A DNA stretch of 64,000 bases from Dehalococcoidia bacterium (GCA_029246995.1 JAQWMB010000012.1:28653-92652), one strand, 5' to 3'. Positions 9,190 to 20,350 are shown, counted from the stretch's first letter. Made by a program: numbers and translations. The notes: generated by a model from the letters alone, not told the origin.

Positions 9190-10932
9190 TTAGATTTTAA
9201 TTTTTCTAGTAATTCCTAAAAATAATCTTTGAATTTTTCCTGAAAACCTATTATTTTTACCAAGATTTTCCCATTTATTATCTCGTGCGCGTATTCTTTT
9301 TTCCATATTTATTTTTTGTAAATTAATCAATGAATTTGTTAAAGCATTAAAGAGCAATCTGGCAGCTTCTTTATGATTATTACTTGCTTCATTCTTTGGT
9401 TCTGCAATAATCTCATCTACAAAACCAAGATTTTTATGATCAGTAGCTGTAATGCCTAATGCATCTGCAATATCTTCTGTATATTTTTTATCTCTATACA
9501 ATATTGATGCTGCGCCTTCTGGAGAAGTGATAGCTAAGAATGCATTTTCTTGCATCAGTACTTTGTCAGTACAACATAATGCAATTGCACCGCCAGAACC
9601 ACCTTCACCAATGATGACTGATACTGTTTCAACAGTTACTTGAGATAAACTAGCTATTGTGTCTGAAATAGATTTTGCAAGACCAATTTTTTCGTTTTCG
9701 ATACTATCATTTGCTCCTGGTGTATCAACAAAACAAATGATCGGTAGCCTCAATCTATTTGCAAGATTAATTAGTCTTGTTGCTTTACGATAGCCAGTAG
9801 CGCTTACGCGACCTCTGGTTATTTCTGATAATCCAGCATTTCTGTCTTGTGCTATAACCATTACATTTTTTAATGCTAATTTTGCAAATCCACCAATTAG
9901 AACGGTATCTTCTGCACCACTTCGATCGCCTTTTAATTCTATAAAATCTGAAAAGATATTATCTATATATTCTCTGGAACTTGGCCTATTAAGATCTCTA
10001 CTTTTTTGAACAGAGTCCCATCCCGTTTGTTTTTTTTCAAATTCAGCTGCTTGAGGAATCAATTGAGCTGCAGATATTTCAATTTGATTTGGAGAAATTA
10101 AGTTTAAAACTCTTTCTAAATAATCTTTCATATCTTGTCTGGGGAGTATTTTATCTACCAGACCATTTTCATAGATTTCTTCTGCAAGCAGTCTATCTTT
10201 TTCATCTGTGTTGACAGCACGAACTCGAGGGCCTGCAAAGCCTATTAAGGCTTCTTTTTCAGCTATTAATATGTCAGCTTGATTTGCAAAAGAAGCATAG
10301 ACCCCTCCAGTTGTAGGGTTAGCTAAAATACATATCATGGGAAGATTTACAGCATGTAATTTATTAATGGCATTAGTAGTTTTAATCATTTGTGCTAATG
10401 CAAGTGTTCCTTCTTGCATTCTGGCTCCACCTGAGCAAGTGACTACAACGAAAGGTAGTTTAGAGTTAATCGCTTTATCAATTGCAGAAGTAATTTTTTC
10501 TCCTACAGCATAACCCATGGATCCACCCATAAATTTAAAATCAAAAATCGCTGCAATAACTTTTATCCCTTTAATTTCTGTAAGGCCAGTCGATACAGCT
10601 GCTTGCTCGCCTGTAGATTCTTTTGCTATCTTGATTCTATCTTTGTAAGGTTTTTGGTCATTAAAATGCAGTGGATCTGGTGATTCGATATTTAAAAATT
10701 TCTCATCAAAGCTTTCTTGATCAAAAAGAATATTTACCCATTGTTTTGCAGATAAAGCATCTTTATGTCCACATGCGCTACAAATACCAAATGCAAGATA
10801 TCCGCTATCATCTATTAAATCTATTTTACAGTCTTTGCAGTTTAGACTTATCTTTTTTTTGGTTGAAGATTGCAAAGATATAAAGAAATTTTTTGATCGT
10901 ATAGCTGTAATGAGCTTTTTAATTTTATCCAT
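9190..10932 (-). CDS. accDA: Fused acetyl-CoA carboxylase carboxyltransferase beta+alpha (AccD-AccA)
   Basis: Zn ribbon CKDC..CSAC, FMGGSMG, SGGARMQEG, PTTGGV (beta); ELKGDR, FVDTPGA, GEGGSGGA, SPEGAASIL (alpha). Confidence 0.93.
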   Translation of the reverse strand: MDKIKKLITAIRSKNFFISLQSSTKKKISLNCKDCKIDLIDDSGYLAFGICSACGHKDALSAKQWVNILFDQESFDEKFLNIESPDPLHFNDQKPYKDRIKIAKESTGEQAAVSTGLTEIKGIKVIAAIFDFKFMGGSMGYAVGEKITSAIDKAINSKLPFVVVTCSGGARMQEGTLALAQMIKTTNAINKLHAVNLPMICILANPTTGGVYASFANQADILIAEKEALIGFAGPRVRAVNTDEKDRLLAEEIYENGLVDKILPRQDMKDYLERVLNLISPNQIEISAAQLIPQAAEFEKKQTGWDSVQKSRDLNRPSSREYIDNIFSDFIELKGDRSGAEDTVLIGGFAKLALKNVMVIAQDRNAGLSEITRGRVSATGYRKATRLINLANRLRLPIICFVDTPGANDSIENEKIGLAKSISDTIASLSQVTVETVSVIIGEGGSGGAIALCCTDKVLMQENAFLAITSPEGAASILYRDKKYTEDIADALGITATDHKNLGFVDEIIAEPKNEASNNHKEAARLLFNALTNSLINLQKINMEKRIRARDNKWENLGKNNRFSGKIQRLFLGITRKIKI

Positions 10933-11004
10933 ATTTGAAACCCTTATGAAGTTAGTCTATCATTAGAAATAGGTTGTTAAGTAGCTATCGAGAGGTAATT
11001 TGGT

Positions 11005-12615
11005 ATGTTCCCTGATTATATAACGAGCCTGCTTGCAAAAGATATGTATTCTCATGATGTCGATCAAGTTATATTGGAACAAACTCATCTTTCTTATGTT
11101 TTACTTGCTGGTAATTTTGTTTATAAGATAAAAAAATCAGTAGATTTCCCCTTCGTTCATCAATCTGAACTCAGCCAAAGATATAATTTTTGCGTACAAG
11201 AAGTTGAACAAAATAAAAGATTGGCAAAAGAAGTTTATATTAAAGTAGTAAAAATTATACGTAATGAGTCTGGTAAATATGAAATAGTTGAGGGTGAAGT
11301 TGATCCATGTAGTGAAATTATTGAATATGCAGTAAAAATGCGAAGATTAAAAGTTGATGATAATTTGGAGAATATAATCATGGATAATGCTCTTCCAGTA
11401 GATATTGCTGAACGAATAGTTAATTGTCTAATTCCTTTTCATCAAAATGCAGAAATATTTTCTGAAGGATTAGATGCAGGAGGCTTTCAGGCTGAACGCA
11501 AATGGTGTAATGAAGAATTAAGTCAGCAAGCTCAACATATTAACAAAACTTTAAAACCAAAATCTGCTCAAATTATTAATCAATACATGCAAGAATCTTT
11601 ATTGAAATTTGAAAAAATTTTTGATCTTAGATATTTGCAAAATAAGATTATCTTCGGCCATGGTGATTTACAAATCAAGCATTTTTACCTAGATGCTTTT
11701 TATGAGGAAACATTATTAATAATAGATTGCATTGAATTTTCTACAGATTTTCATTTTAAGTACGTTGATCAAGGTTATGATTTAGCATTCTTAACTATGG
11801 GATTAGATTTTCATAATCAAAGTATTCTTGCTGATGTAATATCCGGATTGTATATTGCATCAGCTGGTGATAAATATCTAAGCTTATTGCATAATTATCA
11901 CAAGTTTTTACGAGCTTTAATTAGAGGCAAGGTTGAAGGTCTTGCTGTTGGTTCAGAATCAATAAATGAACATACTAAGAAAAAAAATAAATTAAACTCT
12001 GAAATTTTTTTTAATCTCGCTGAAAAATATGCTTTAAAAAGTACTACTCCATTTATCTGTAGTATCGGCGGTCTGTCTGGTTCTGGAAAGTCTGTAATTG
12101 GAGGTGCAATTGCAAGTAGAATTGGTGCAGTATATTTATCTTCAGATGTAATTAGAAAAGAATTATTTAAAATTCCCTTACATGAACATTTAAAAGATAA
12201 TAGTGATATTACAATATATGATTATGAAGCAAATATTTCTGTTTATACTGAATTACGTAAGCAAGCAACTGAATATGTTAAACAAGGATTTTCAGTAGTC
12301 ATTGATGCTGCTCATCTCTTACGTGATGAGCGAGAAGAAACTATGATAATGATGGAATCTTTATCAATAAACTGTTGTTTCTTATGGATTGAATCAACTG
12401 CAGAACTCATAAAACAAAGAATTAATAAAAGAATGAATAGTGCATATTATATTTCTGATGCAGATTTTAATATTTATAAAAATCAGTTAGATTATGTTGA
12501 GGATATTCAGGACAATGAAAATATTATTAGTATTAGTAATACTGGTAGTATACAGAAAGTCATTGCTAATCTACCTAAAATTGCCAAAGTATTAAGAGAC
12601 AGATTTGAGTATTGA
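11005..12615 (+). CDS. Bifunctional aminoglycoside-phosphotransferase-like / AAA_33 kinase (Rv2004c-like)
   Basis: QTHLSYV, YKIKK.V.F, GHGDL, IIDCIEF N-terminal domain; C-terminal P-loop GLSGSGKS, SSDVIRK, SDAD. Confidence 0.85.
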   Translation: MFPDYITSLLAKDMYSHDVDQVILEQTHLSYVLLAGNFVYKIKKSVDFPFVHQSELSQRYNFCVQEVEQNKRLAKEVYIKVVKIIRNESGKYEIVEGEVDPCSEIIEYAVKMRRLKVDDNLENIIMDNALPVDIAERIVNCLIPFHQNAEIFSEGLDAGGFQAERKWCNEELSQQAQHINKTLKPKSAQIINQYMQESLLKFEKIFDLRYLQNKIIFGHGDLQIKHFYLDAFYEETLLIIDCIEFSTDFHFKYVDQGYDLAFLTMGLDFHNQSILADVISGLYIASAGDKYLSLLHNYHKFLRALIRGKVEGLAVGSESINEHTKKKNKLNSEIFFNLAEKYALKSTTPFICSIGGLSGSGKSVIGGAIASRIGAVYLSSDVIRKELFKIPLHEHLKDNSDITIYDYEANISVYTELRKQATEYVKQGFSVVIDAAHLLRDEREETMIMMESLSINCCFLWIESTAELIKQRINKRMNSAYYISDADFNIYKNQLDYVEDIQDNENIISISNTGSIQKVIANLPKIAKVLRDRFEY

Positions 12616-12633
12616 TGCTATAATTTTTTTGTT

Positions 12634-12712
12634 CCGCAAGGGGAGCATCTGCTGAGAGGAATTATTCCAACCCTTCGAACCTGAACATGCTAAATCATGC
12701 GTAGGAATGCGG
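12634..12712 (+). promoter_or_regulatory. TPP riboswitch aptamer
   Basis: GGGGAGC...GCTGAGA, ACCCTTCGAACCTGA, GCGTAGGA conserved segments; P1 CCGCA/TGCGG; upstream of the thiamine ABC transporter. Confidence 0.93.
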
Positions 12713-12771
12713 TTTTTTATTTATCACCTCTTTCACTATGCTTAACTGTTATTTATTTGAAAGGTGATGTA

Positions 12772-13791
12772 ATTACACGTTTTATATCTGTACTATTTTG
12801 TTCTTTAGTAATTGTTTTGCTCAGTTGTGGCAACAGCGATAATGTGGCTGGAACATTGAAAATTATTACGCATGATTCCTTTGATGTGAAACAGCAATTG
12901 ATAGATGATTTTTCTAAGATAAATGATATTCATGTTGAAGTCATAAAAGCAGGTGATGCTAATCAAATTCTAACCAGGAGCATTTTGAATGCTGGTAATC
13001 CTGAAGGAGATTTAATATTTGGAATTGATAATATTGCTTATAAAAGAATTAATAATTTTTCTGAATTATTAATTCCATACGTGTCACCAAATAGAAAGCA
13101 AATTCCAAAAGAAATTTTAAATGCTTTTGATGATATTCCATATTTTACTCCAATTGATTATGGTTATGTGAGTATTAACTACGACCAAAAATTCAATCAA
13201 CAAGACCCTCCTAAGAAGTTAGAAGAGCTATTATTACCTATTTGGAATAATCAATTTATTGTTCTAGATCCAGCTATTTCTTCTCCGGGTCTTCAGTTTC
13301 TTATTTCAACTATTGCTTATTTTGGTCCAGATTCTTGGTTAGATTTTTGGAAGGGATTAAAACAAAATAATGTCCTAGTAACTGATTCTTGGACGAGCGG
13401 CTATTATACGCATTTTTCTCAAAATGGAGGAGAAAGGCCATTAGTTGTTTCTTATACATCAAGTCCTGCCGCCGAGGCATTTTTTGGTGGACTAGATCGG
13501 CCACCAACACAAAATATTATTTTTGATAATTTATTTAGGCAAGTTGAGTCAGTCAGTATTTTGAAAGGTTCAGAAAATATTGTCAATGCAAAAAAATTCA
13601 TTGATTTTATGCTAACAGATCCTTTTCAACAACAAATTCCTGAAACCATGTTTGTTTATCCAGTAAAACAAGATTTAAAGCTTCCAGAATGGTGGAGCAT
13701 GAATCCCGAAATTACTGAAATACAAAATTTTAGGTTTAGCAATAAAGAACTACAAGTTTGGATTACAGAGTGGTCAAAAGCTATGCGTTAA
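12772..13791 (+). CDS. thiB: Thiamine ABC transporter substrate-binding lipoprotein
   Basis: THDSF, GDLIFGIDN, PIDYGYV, SSPGL.FL, VVSY.SSPAAE; lipobox LLSC. Track start 12697 lies inside the riboswitch; likely true start is ATT at 12772 after SD AAGGTGA. Confidence 0.9.
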   Translation: MTRFISVLFCSLVIVLLSCGNSDNVAGTLKIITHDSFDVKQQLIDDFSKINDIHVEVIKAGDANQILTRSILNAGNPEGDLIFGIDNIAYKRINNFSELLIPYVSPNRKQIPKEILNAFDDIPYFTPIDYGYVSINYDQKFNQQDPPKKLEELLLPIWNNQFIVLDPAISSPGLQFLISTIAYFGPDSWLDFWKGLKQNNVLVTDSWTSGYYTHFSQNGGERPLVVSYTSSPAAEAFFGGLDRPPTQNIIFDNLFRQVESVSILKGSENIVNAKKFIDFMLTDPFQQQIPETMFVYPVKQDLKLPEWWSMNPEITEIQNFRFSNKELQVWITEWSKAMR

Positions 13792-13802
13792 TTTCATATA
13801 TT

Positions 13803-15461
13803 ATGCAGAGATTCACAACTTTGCATTTTAATATTTTTTTTTCATTACTTGGTATAAGCTTGGTTATTTTCTTTATTCTATTACCAATTTTAAATCTTAC
13901 TAATTTAGTATTTGATTCAAATAATTTTGATAGTTTTTTTGATTCTTTATTGAGTGTATTTAATAGTTATTATCTAAAAATTGTTATAGTAACTTGTTAT
14001 CAGGCTCTTTTATCTACGGTTGTAGCTTTATTCATCGGTTTACCAGCAGCTTTTATTTTATATCAGATTAATTTTCCTGGTCGAAAGATATTATTAACAT
14101 TGTGTACAATTCCTTTTATTTTACCAGTTGTAGTAGTTGCTTTATCCTTTAGAGATCTATTTAGTAATACAGGTTTTGTAAGTCAAATATTATCAATTTC
14201 TGGCATGCAATTCAGTCAAAGTATTTGGATCATCATCATTGCTCATGCTTATTATAACATGTCAATTATCATACGGATTGTTGGACCTTACTGGGAAAAG
14301 ATTAGCATGCAATTTGAAGAAGCAAGCAATCTACTAGGTGCTAGAGATTTACAAAAAATGTTTTATGTATATTTACCATTATTAATGCCAGTTATTTTTG
14401 CAGCATCGATGCTTGTTTTTTTATTTTGTTTTACTTCTTTTGGCTTAATTTTAATTTTAGGTACATCTGGATTTGATACCTTAGAATTGGTAATTTATCG
14501 CTTAACAAATGGTCTTTATGGATTACAGGAAGCAGTAATTCTTTCATTTTTACAAATTATTTTCTGCGCAATTATTTTTATAGTTTATTTAAAAGCTATT
14601 CAGTATTCTAGCCTTAATTTTGTATCTCAAATATCGATCAATAAAAATTTTAGGGAATTAAGAATAATTGAAAAAATTGCATCATTAATATTTTTGTGTT
14701 TTATTGCCTTTTTTTCTATTGTACCAATTGCGGTACTATTTATTCGTGCTTTTACTTTTCCTGACATACAAAGCTTTACGTTGCAGAATTTTAATCAAAT
14801 ATTTATAAACACTGGTAACCTGTCATATATTAATCCATTAGATGCAATTATTAATAGTCTTACATTGGCCTCGGGAACTTCTTTTTTAGTGATGTTAATT
14901 GGTTTTTTTACTGCTTGCTTCATTGAAAGTCAAAAATTTTTTTTAAAACGAATAGTTGACATTTTATTTTTAATGCCAATTATAGTGCCTGTTATAACTT
15001 TATCTTTTGGCATAATAATCACATTTAACCGATCTTTCCTTGATTTAAGGCATTCTTTTATACTTATTTTTATTGTGCATATTTTGCTTGGTCTACCCTT
15101 TGCATATTATTTATCTTCTTTAGCAATAGCTTCAGTTTCAAAGCAAATTAAGGAGGCAAGCTTGCTGTTAGGATGCGCAAAAAAACTATTATGGCAAAAA
15201 ATTTATTTGCCTTTAGTGAGAAACTATTTATTGACTGGAATAATTTTTTCTTTTGCGATATCTTTAGGAGAGTTTGGTTCAGTATCAATGCTTCGTGGTA
15301 GTGATTTTTATACTATTCCTTTAGTCATTTACCAGTATTTAAATCGACCAAGTGGTTATTTTTTAGGGCATGGGTATGCATTATCAGTTATTTTAGTGAT
15401 TATCTCTTTTATTACTTTTTATTTAATAGAGAGATTGAATATTAATATATTGAAAAAATAG
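13803..15461 (+). CDS. thiP: Thiamine ABC transporter permease (two ABC-TM repeats)
   Basis: Hydrophobic; PFILPVVVVA, AHAYYN, EEAS.LLGA, FAISLGEFG; ATG at 13803 preferred. Confidence 0.9.
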   Translation: MQRFTTLHFNIFFSLLGISLVIFFILLPILNLTNLVFDSNNFDSFFDSLLSVFNSYYLKIVIVTCYQALLSTVVALFIGLPAAFILYQINFPGRKILLTLCTIPFILPVVVVALSFRDLFSNTGFVSQILSISGMQFSQSIWIIIIAHAYYNMSIIIRIVGPYWEKISMQFEEASNLLGARDLQKMFYVYLPLLMPVIFAASMLVFLFCFTSFGLILILGTSGFDTLELVIYRLTNGLYGLQEAVILSFLQIIFCAIIFIVYLKAIQYSSLNFVSQISINKNFRELRIIEKIASLIFLCFIAFFSIVPIAVLFIRAFTFPDIQSFTLQNFNQIFINTGNLSYINPLDAIINSLTLASGTSFLVMLIGFFTACFIESQKFFLKRIVDILFLMPIIVPVITLSFGIIITFNRSFLDLRHSFILIFIVHILLGLPFAYYLSSLAIASVSKQIKEASLLLGCAKKLLWQKIYLPLVRNYLLTGIIFSFAISLGEFGSVSMLRGSDFYTIPLVIYQYLNRPSGYFLGHGYALSVILVIISFITFYLIERLNINILKK

Positions 15462-15476
15462 AAAGCTTTTAGGTTT

Positions 15477-16520
15477 ATGGAATTATTAAATATTAGCAAT
15501 CTTTGTTATAACTATGGTGAAGATTTTTATCTTAAAGATATTGCATTTTCATTAGAGCATAATAAATCAGTAGGTCTATTTGGCCCCTCTGGGTCTGGTA
15601 AGTCAACTATTCTTAGATTGATTTCCGGACTTTCGAAACCACAATCTGGTGAAATTTTGTTAGATGGCCAATCAATAATTAATCAAGAATCTCATACGCG
15701 TTCAATTGGGATGATTTTTCAACATCACGCTCTTTTTCCACATTTAAATGTTTATGATAATATTGCTTTTGGTTTAAAGATGCAGCAACTTGATAGAGAT
15801 AACATTGATATCCAAGTGAACAGCTTATTAAATGTTTTTAAAATTAGTAAGCTAAAAAATCGTAAAATCAGTGAATTATCTGTTGGTGAGTCACAACGTG
15901 TGGCAATTGCAAGATCTCTAGCACCAAAACCAAAATTACTCTTAATGGACGAACCATTTAGTTCATTAGATTATGCTTTAAAAGTCCAGTTAAGATTAGA
16001 AATTTCTGAAATTTTACATGATATGAATATTGCATCAATTGTGGTTTCGCATGATATCCAAGATATTGTTCCATTTTCTGATCATATTTTATTATTGAAA
16101 GATGGAAAGATGCTTTTTGATAGCCATCTCCCAGAATTATATTCTGACCCTAAATTAAAAGATGTTGGATCGATGCTTGGTTTTTTTAGTCTTAAAGATT
16201 TTCTTGCTGGTATAAAAGATTTAAATACAATTGTCCCTGATAAACTGAAGGATGTTGACTATGATCATCTAGATTTTATTATTCACCCCGATAATCTTTT
16301 TGTTTACCAAAAACCTAATCCTGATATGTTTGCTGTTGAATGTAGAATAGAGAAAATTTTTTATTCAGGTCCAAATCCTCAAGTCATTTTACAAAGAGTA
16401 GCTAATGGGGATAGTGCTTTTATATCGGCTATTTGGAGAGAAAATATAAAACCAGATGAAGTCAATACTGTCTATCTCTGTTTTCAAAATGAAGATTTGA
16501 AATGCCTTAGACAAAATTAG
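15477..16520 (+). CDS. thiQ: ABC transporter ATP-binding subunit (thiamine)
   Basis: GPSGSGKS, signature variant LSVGE, LLMDEPF, SHD; third gene of the TPP operon. Confidence 0.85.
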   Translation: MELLNISNLCYNYGEDFYLKDIAFSLEHNKSVGLFGPSGSGKSTILRLISGLSKPQSGEILLDGQSIINQESHTRSIGMIFQHHALFPHLNVYDNIAFGLKMQQLDRDNIDIQVNSLLNVFKISKLKNRKISELSVGESQRVAIARSLAPKPKLLLMDEPFSSLDYALKVQLRLEISEILHDMNIASIVVSHDIQDIVPFSDHILLLKDGKMLFDSHLPELYSDPKLKDVGSMLGFFSLKDFLAGIKDLNTIVPDKLKDVDYDHLDFIIHPDNLFVYQKPNPDMFAVECRIEKIFYSGPNPQVILQRVANGDSAFISAIWRENIKPDEVNTVYLCFQNEDLKCLRQN

Positions 16521-16993
16521 GGCAGTAAAACTGAATCACCTATTTTAATGTTATGATTGCTAAACCATTTTTCTGGTGCTTCTATAGCATAATTAAAGCT
16601 AAATTTTGAGGTATAAATAGTTTGATTGTGAGCTTTCATTTCTTGAATATCAACGATGATTTTTTTAGAATCAATAAATGCTATAGATAAATTAATTTTT
16701 GTACTTTTCATTGAAAATCCTCTATATTTATTTTGACTCTCAAATTTGAAAAGCATACCATGATTTTTGAGTTCATCTTTATTTGATAAGCCTATGCCAT
16801 ATTCTTCTTGATGAGGTACTTCAACTAGTAAAGATACATATTGATTTGTATTAGGTTTAAAAAATTGTACCTCTTTTAATTCATTACTTTTTTTATCTAA
16901 CTCTAGATTAAACATATTAGTGATAGGAATTATAAAAAATGAAATTAATAATAAGAGAGATAAAAGAATTTTTTTGTTTTTGATTGAATCCAT
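16517..16993 (-). CDS. DUF192 family protein
   Basis: GL..., GMLF.F, F.MK.T..LSIAFID, YAIE..., I.IGD.V pattern; N-terminal TM. Confidence 0.8.
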   Translation of the reverse strand: MDSIKNKKILLSLLLLISFFIIPITNMFNLELDKKSNELKEVQFFKPNTNQYVSLLVEVPHQEEYGIGLSNKDELKNHGMLFKFESQNKYRGFSMKSTKINLSIAFIDSKKIIVDIQEMKAHNQTIYTSKFSFNYAIEAPEKWFSNHNIKIGDSVLLP

Positions 16994-17058
16994 CTAGTTG
17001 CCTTCAATAGATTGTATATAATGAAAATGAACTAATAAAGACTATAAAGAAAAGAACA

Positions 17059-17802
17059 ATGCAAAATACAGAATTAATTAATTCCATTCAAAATTCTTGG
17101 ATTCAAATAAGAGACAAAGGTGCTCTTGATAAGTTAGACATTTTAGATAATTTAATGGGTAGGATTGGTCTAGAAGGTGCTCCAGGATATGACTGTGGCA
17201 TTAGAGATACTTTCTCTATTTTTTCTATAGATGACGATGCTGTAATTTATTTACCCACTGGTGAAGTCACGCATTCTGATGAAGAAGCAAGATTTATAGC
17301 AAATATTTATGCAATTAGATTATTTCTTGCAGCTGGGCTTGGTTTTGAGGCAAAAATCATTAATGCTCTTGCTGCTACGTATGCAATGTCTTGGGCTAAA
17401 AAAAGTGGTAATAATTATGGTCATTCAGCTTTAACGCTTACTACCTCAATATGGCTGATTGCATTAGAGCCAAAACCTGAATCTGATGAGCCCTTCCCCA
17501 TTAATTGGGATCTTCCATGTTTTGATAATCCAGAAATTTGGAACTTTGAATTTAATTTACATTCTAGATATGATATTCGTGAGCGAGTACTTGATTGGTG
17601 TATTTTCATTGTTAATAATGTAGAGTTGATAAACGATGTTTCAATTTTTTCAATTCTAGAGCCAATTTTGTATATGAAAAATGATTCGCGTGCAAAATTA
17701 TTTCTGGATAAATTTAGCGAATTACAGGATCACCATCAAAGTTCTTCAGCAAGTGCTTTGATGGAGAAAAAACGCATTGTTGATGTAATAAATAATTCTT
17801 AG
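17059..17802 (+). CDS. Hypothetical protein
   Basis: 247-aa ORF, no family recognised. Confidence 0.7.
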   Translation: MQNTELINSIQNSWIQIRDKGALDKLDILDNLMGRIGLEGAPGYDCGIRDTFSIFSIDDDAVIYLPTGEVTHSDEEARFIANIYAIRLFLAAGLGFEAKIINALAATYAMSWAKKSGNNYGHSALTLTTSIWLIALEPKPESDEPFPINWDLPCFDNPEIWNFEFNLHSRYDIRERVLDWCIFIVNNVELINDVSIFSILEPILYMKNDSRAKLFLDKFSELQDHHQSSSASALMEKKRIVDVINNS

Positions 17803-17822
17803 ATAAAATGTTTTATATACTC

Positions 17823-18203
17823 TTAATTATCTTTTTTGATATTTTGAATATCTTCTAGAACCTTTATTAGTTCTTGATCATCTTCAGTAGCTATATCAGG
17901 AATATGATATCCTCCAAATACTTGCACAACTGATTCATGATCATCTATAACATAATCAACGCTTACATTTACGCCAAGTTTTGGCAGTCTTGCACGATGG
18001 TCATAAAGTGGTTTAATAAAATAATCTTTGACGTATTTATCTAAATCAACTTTTTCTATTTCTTTTTTCCTTATTCCTATGCCTGACCAGATATAAATTG
18101 TATGCCCGTCTTCTATAATTTTTTTAAAGACATCTTCAGCATTATTACGAAGCTTGCCATCCCACATAATAAGAGTGTTATCAACATCGAAAAAGATATT
18201 CAT
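17823..18203 (-). CDS. Minimal (cap-less) HAD-superfamily phosphatase
   Basis: FFDVDNTL motif I, IWS motif II, K motif III, VIDD motif IV. Confidence 0.8.
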   Translation of the reverse strand: MNIFFDVDNTLIMWDGKLRNNAEDVFKKIIEDGHTIYIWSGIGIRKKEIEKVDLDKYVKDYFIKPLYDHRARLPKLGVNVSVDYVIDDHESVVQVFGGYHIPDIATEDDQELIKVLEDIQNIKKDN

Positions 18204-18383
18204 TTTTTAGCCTAAGTTAATTTTTTTGAACTTTATCAATTATAATCAAGAAATAAATATGAACAAATACAATCGTCAATTCTTTTTAATACACATTTTT
18301 TATTGTCACTTTTAAATTTTTATTCAATATGTTTTTTTTTCTAATTAGTGCAATAATTATTTAATTAAATAAGAAAGCTTTCT

Positions 18384-19550
18384 ATGGATATAGAATTATT
18401 CACTGCAGGTATATTAAAGCAGATTGCCCCGCCTTCTAAGATGTCGAGTGCATTGTTTGACTTGAGCGTTGGAGCTCCAGATGAGGATTCATTGCCTAAT
18501 GAAGCTTTGTTGAATGCTTTGCAAGAAACTTTATACCATGATCCAGTTAACTCTCTCATATATGCAGGGACTAGTGGATATATTGATTTAAGATCTTGGA
18601 TTGCAACAACTCATGCAAGCACAGGTAATAATTTTAATTCTGATAATGTTTCCTTAGTTTCTGGCAGTGCACATGGCCTAGATAATATTGCAAGAACATT
18701 TTTAGAGCCAAATGATTTTGTTTTAATGAGTTCACCAACTTATCCAGGTGCTATTCGTACATTTCAATCATGTGGTGCAAAAATTGTTGATATTCCTTCT
18801 GATCAGTTCGGAATTGATTTAAATCACTTAGAAGATTTATTATCTGACTATAATCATAAAAATAAAAAGATTAAAATCCTTTATGTTGTTTCTAGTTATA
18901 ATAATCCCAGTGGGATGAGTATTAATAATAATCAAAAAAAATCTTTAGTAAAATTATGCGAGAAATATTCTGTTCTCATCGTTGATGATAGGGCATACAG
19001 CATGATTACCTTTGAGCGTAATCCTGATCCAAGCCTATCTACTATTTGCCCTAGTGAAAATATTATTGAAGTAGGAACATTCTCAAAAACGATTGCTACT
19101 GGTATTAGAGTCGCTTGGATAATGGCTAGTAAATCTATTATAAATAATCTGAATTTAATGAGGTTTGATAATGGCGGTTCTAGCTTGATGCAAAGAATGG
19201 TATTTAGTTTTGTTAATTCGTCGCATTATCCTAAGCATTTGGCTAGCGTCAATCAAATTTATAAACGTAAAAGAAATATTGTTTCTGATGCACTTACAAA
19301 ATATTGCTCTGATCATGTTGAATTTCATATTCCTCAAGGTGGGTTTTATCATTGGGTAAAAATTAAAAATGGTTTAAAAAATTCTAAATTAGCAGAAAAT
19401 GCGCTGAAGCAAGGTGTTGGTATTAATGTTGGTAATATTTATTTTGTTAATCGTGAGGATACTGAACATGTAAGAATTGTTTATTCAAAATTGAAGGAAA
19501 GTGATTTAGTAGATGCAGTTAAAATTTTATCTACTTGCTTCAAAAATTAG
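18384..19550 (+). CDS. PLP-dependent aminotransferase class I/II (LysN/ARO8-like)
   Basis: PTYPGA, NNPSG, DDRAY, GTFSKTIATGIRVAW, P.GGFY.W. Confidence 0.9.
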   Translation: MDIELFTAGILKQIAPPSKMSSALFDLSVGAPDEDSLPNEALLNALQETLYHDPVNSLIYAGTSGYIDLRSWIATTHASTGNNFNSDNVSLVSGSAHGLDNIARTFLEPNDFVLMSSPTYPGAIRTFQSCGAKIVDIPSDQFGIDLNHLEDLLSDYNHKNKKIKILYVVSSYNNPSGMSINNNQKKSLVKLCEKYSVLIVDDRAYSMITFERNPDPSLSTICPSENIIEVGTFSKTIATGIRVAWIMASKSIINNLNLMRFDNGGSSLMQRMVFSFVNSSHYPKHLASVNQIYKRKRNIVSDALTKYCSDHVEFHIPQGGFYHWVKIKNGLKNSKLAENALKQGVGINVGNIYFVNREDTEHVRIVYSKLKESDLVDAVKILSTCFKN

Positions 19551-19573
19551 TTAAAAATAGAGATTGGACCTTT

Positions 19574-20350
19574 ATGTATAACTCATTAAAAAATAACCAA
19601 GCATTGATTATTGGTGGGACTAAAGGTATTGGAAAAGCAATTGCTCTGCGACTTGCTTCCGAAGGAGTGAATTTATTAATAAATTATCATAGTTCTGATG
19701 ATTTAGCAGAACAAACAGCTGATGAATGCAAAAAATCTGGCGTCCAAGTTGAATTAATTAAAGCTGACATTAGTGCAACAAATGGTATTGATGTTATTAC
19801 TCAAAAGATTGATAGTATGAGTCGATTGGATATTCTTATTTTAAATGCTGCAAAAGGGCTAGAGAGGCCCAGGATGGCTATTGAACAAAAATCTGGTCAT
19901 ATTCAATCAACTTTGGATACGAATTTGATTGCTCCATGGGAAATTATTAAATCATCAAGTAAGATAATGAAAAAAAATAGCCAGGGCTCAATTGTAGGTC
20001 TTTTGACACCTGGTACAAAATTTTACATAGAAGGCTATTCTGCTGTCGCTATTTCTAAAGGAGCATTTGAAGCATTAATTAAATATACTGCTGTTGAATT
20101 AGCTGGTTACAATATTCAGGTCAATGGAGTTATGGCTGGCCTAGTTGAAGAAACAGTTGGAAGTAAGTCATTTGATAAAATTTTAAATAAAATTAAAAAT
20201 GTTATTCCAGCAGGCAGAAATGTTCACACTGAGGATGTTGCCAATTTAGTTATTTGGCTATGCTCCGATCAGTCAAATATGATTATTGGTCAGAACATTA
20301 ATGTTGATGGTGGTTTTTCATTAGCTTCGTGGAAAACACTTCAGGATTAA
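19574..20350 (+). CDS. SDR oxidoreductase, FabL-like enoyl-ACP reductase
   Basis: GGTKGIG, LNAA, Y(x6)[17 protein letters not shown]; ATG near 19574 preferred over TTG 19535. Confidence 0.8.
   Translation: MYNSLKNNQALIIGGTKGIGKAIALRLASEGVNLLINYHSSDDLAEQTADECKKSGVQVELIKADISATNGIDVITQKIDSMSRLDILILNAAKGLERPRMAIEQKSGHIQSTLDTNLIAPWEIIKSSSKIMKKNSQGSIVGLLTPGTKFYIEGYSAVAISKGAFEALIKYTAVELAGYNIQVNGVMAGLVEETVGSKSFDKILNKIKNVIPAGRNVHTEDVANLVIWLCSDQSNMIIGQNINVDGGFSLASWKTLQD

Noticed and set aside
12697-12771. N-terminal extension of ThiB in the ORF track
   Set aside because: Overlaps the riboswitch aptamer and expression platform, has no SD, and would bury the lipoprotein signal.
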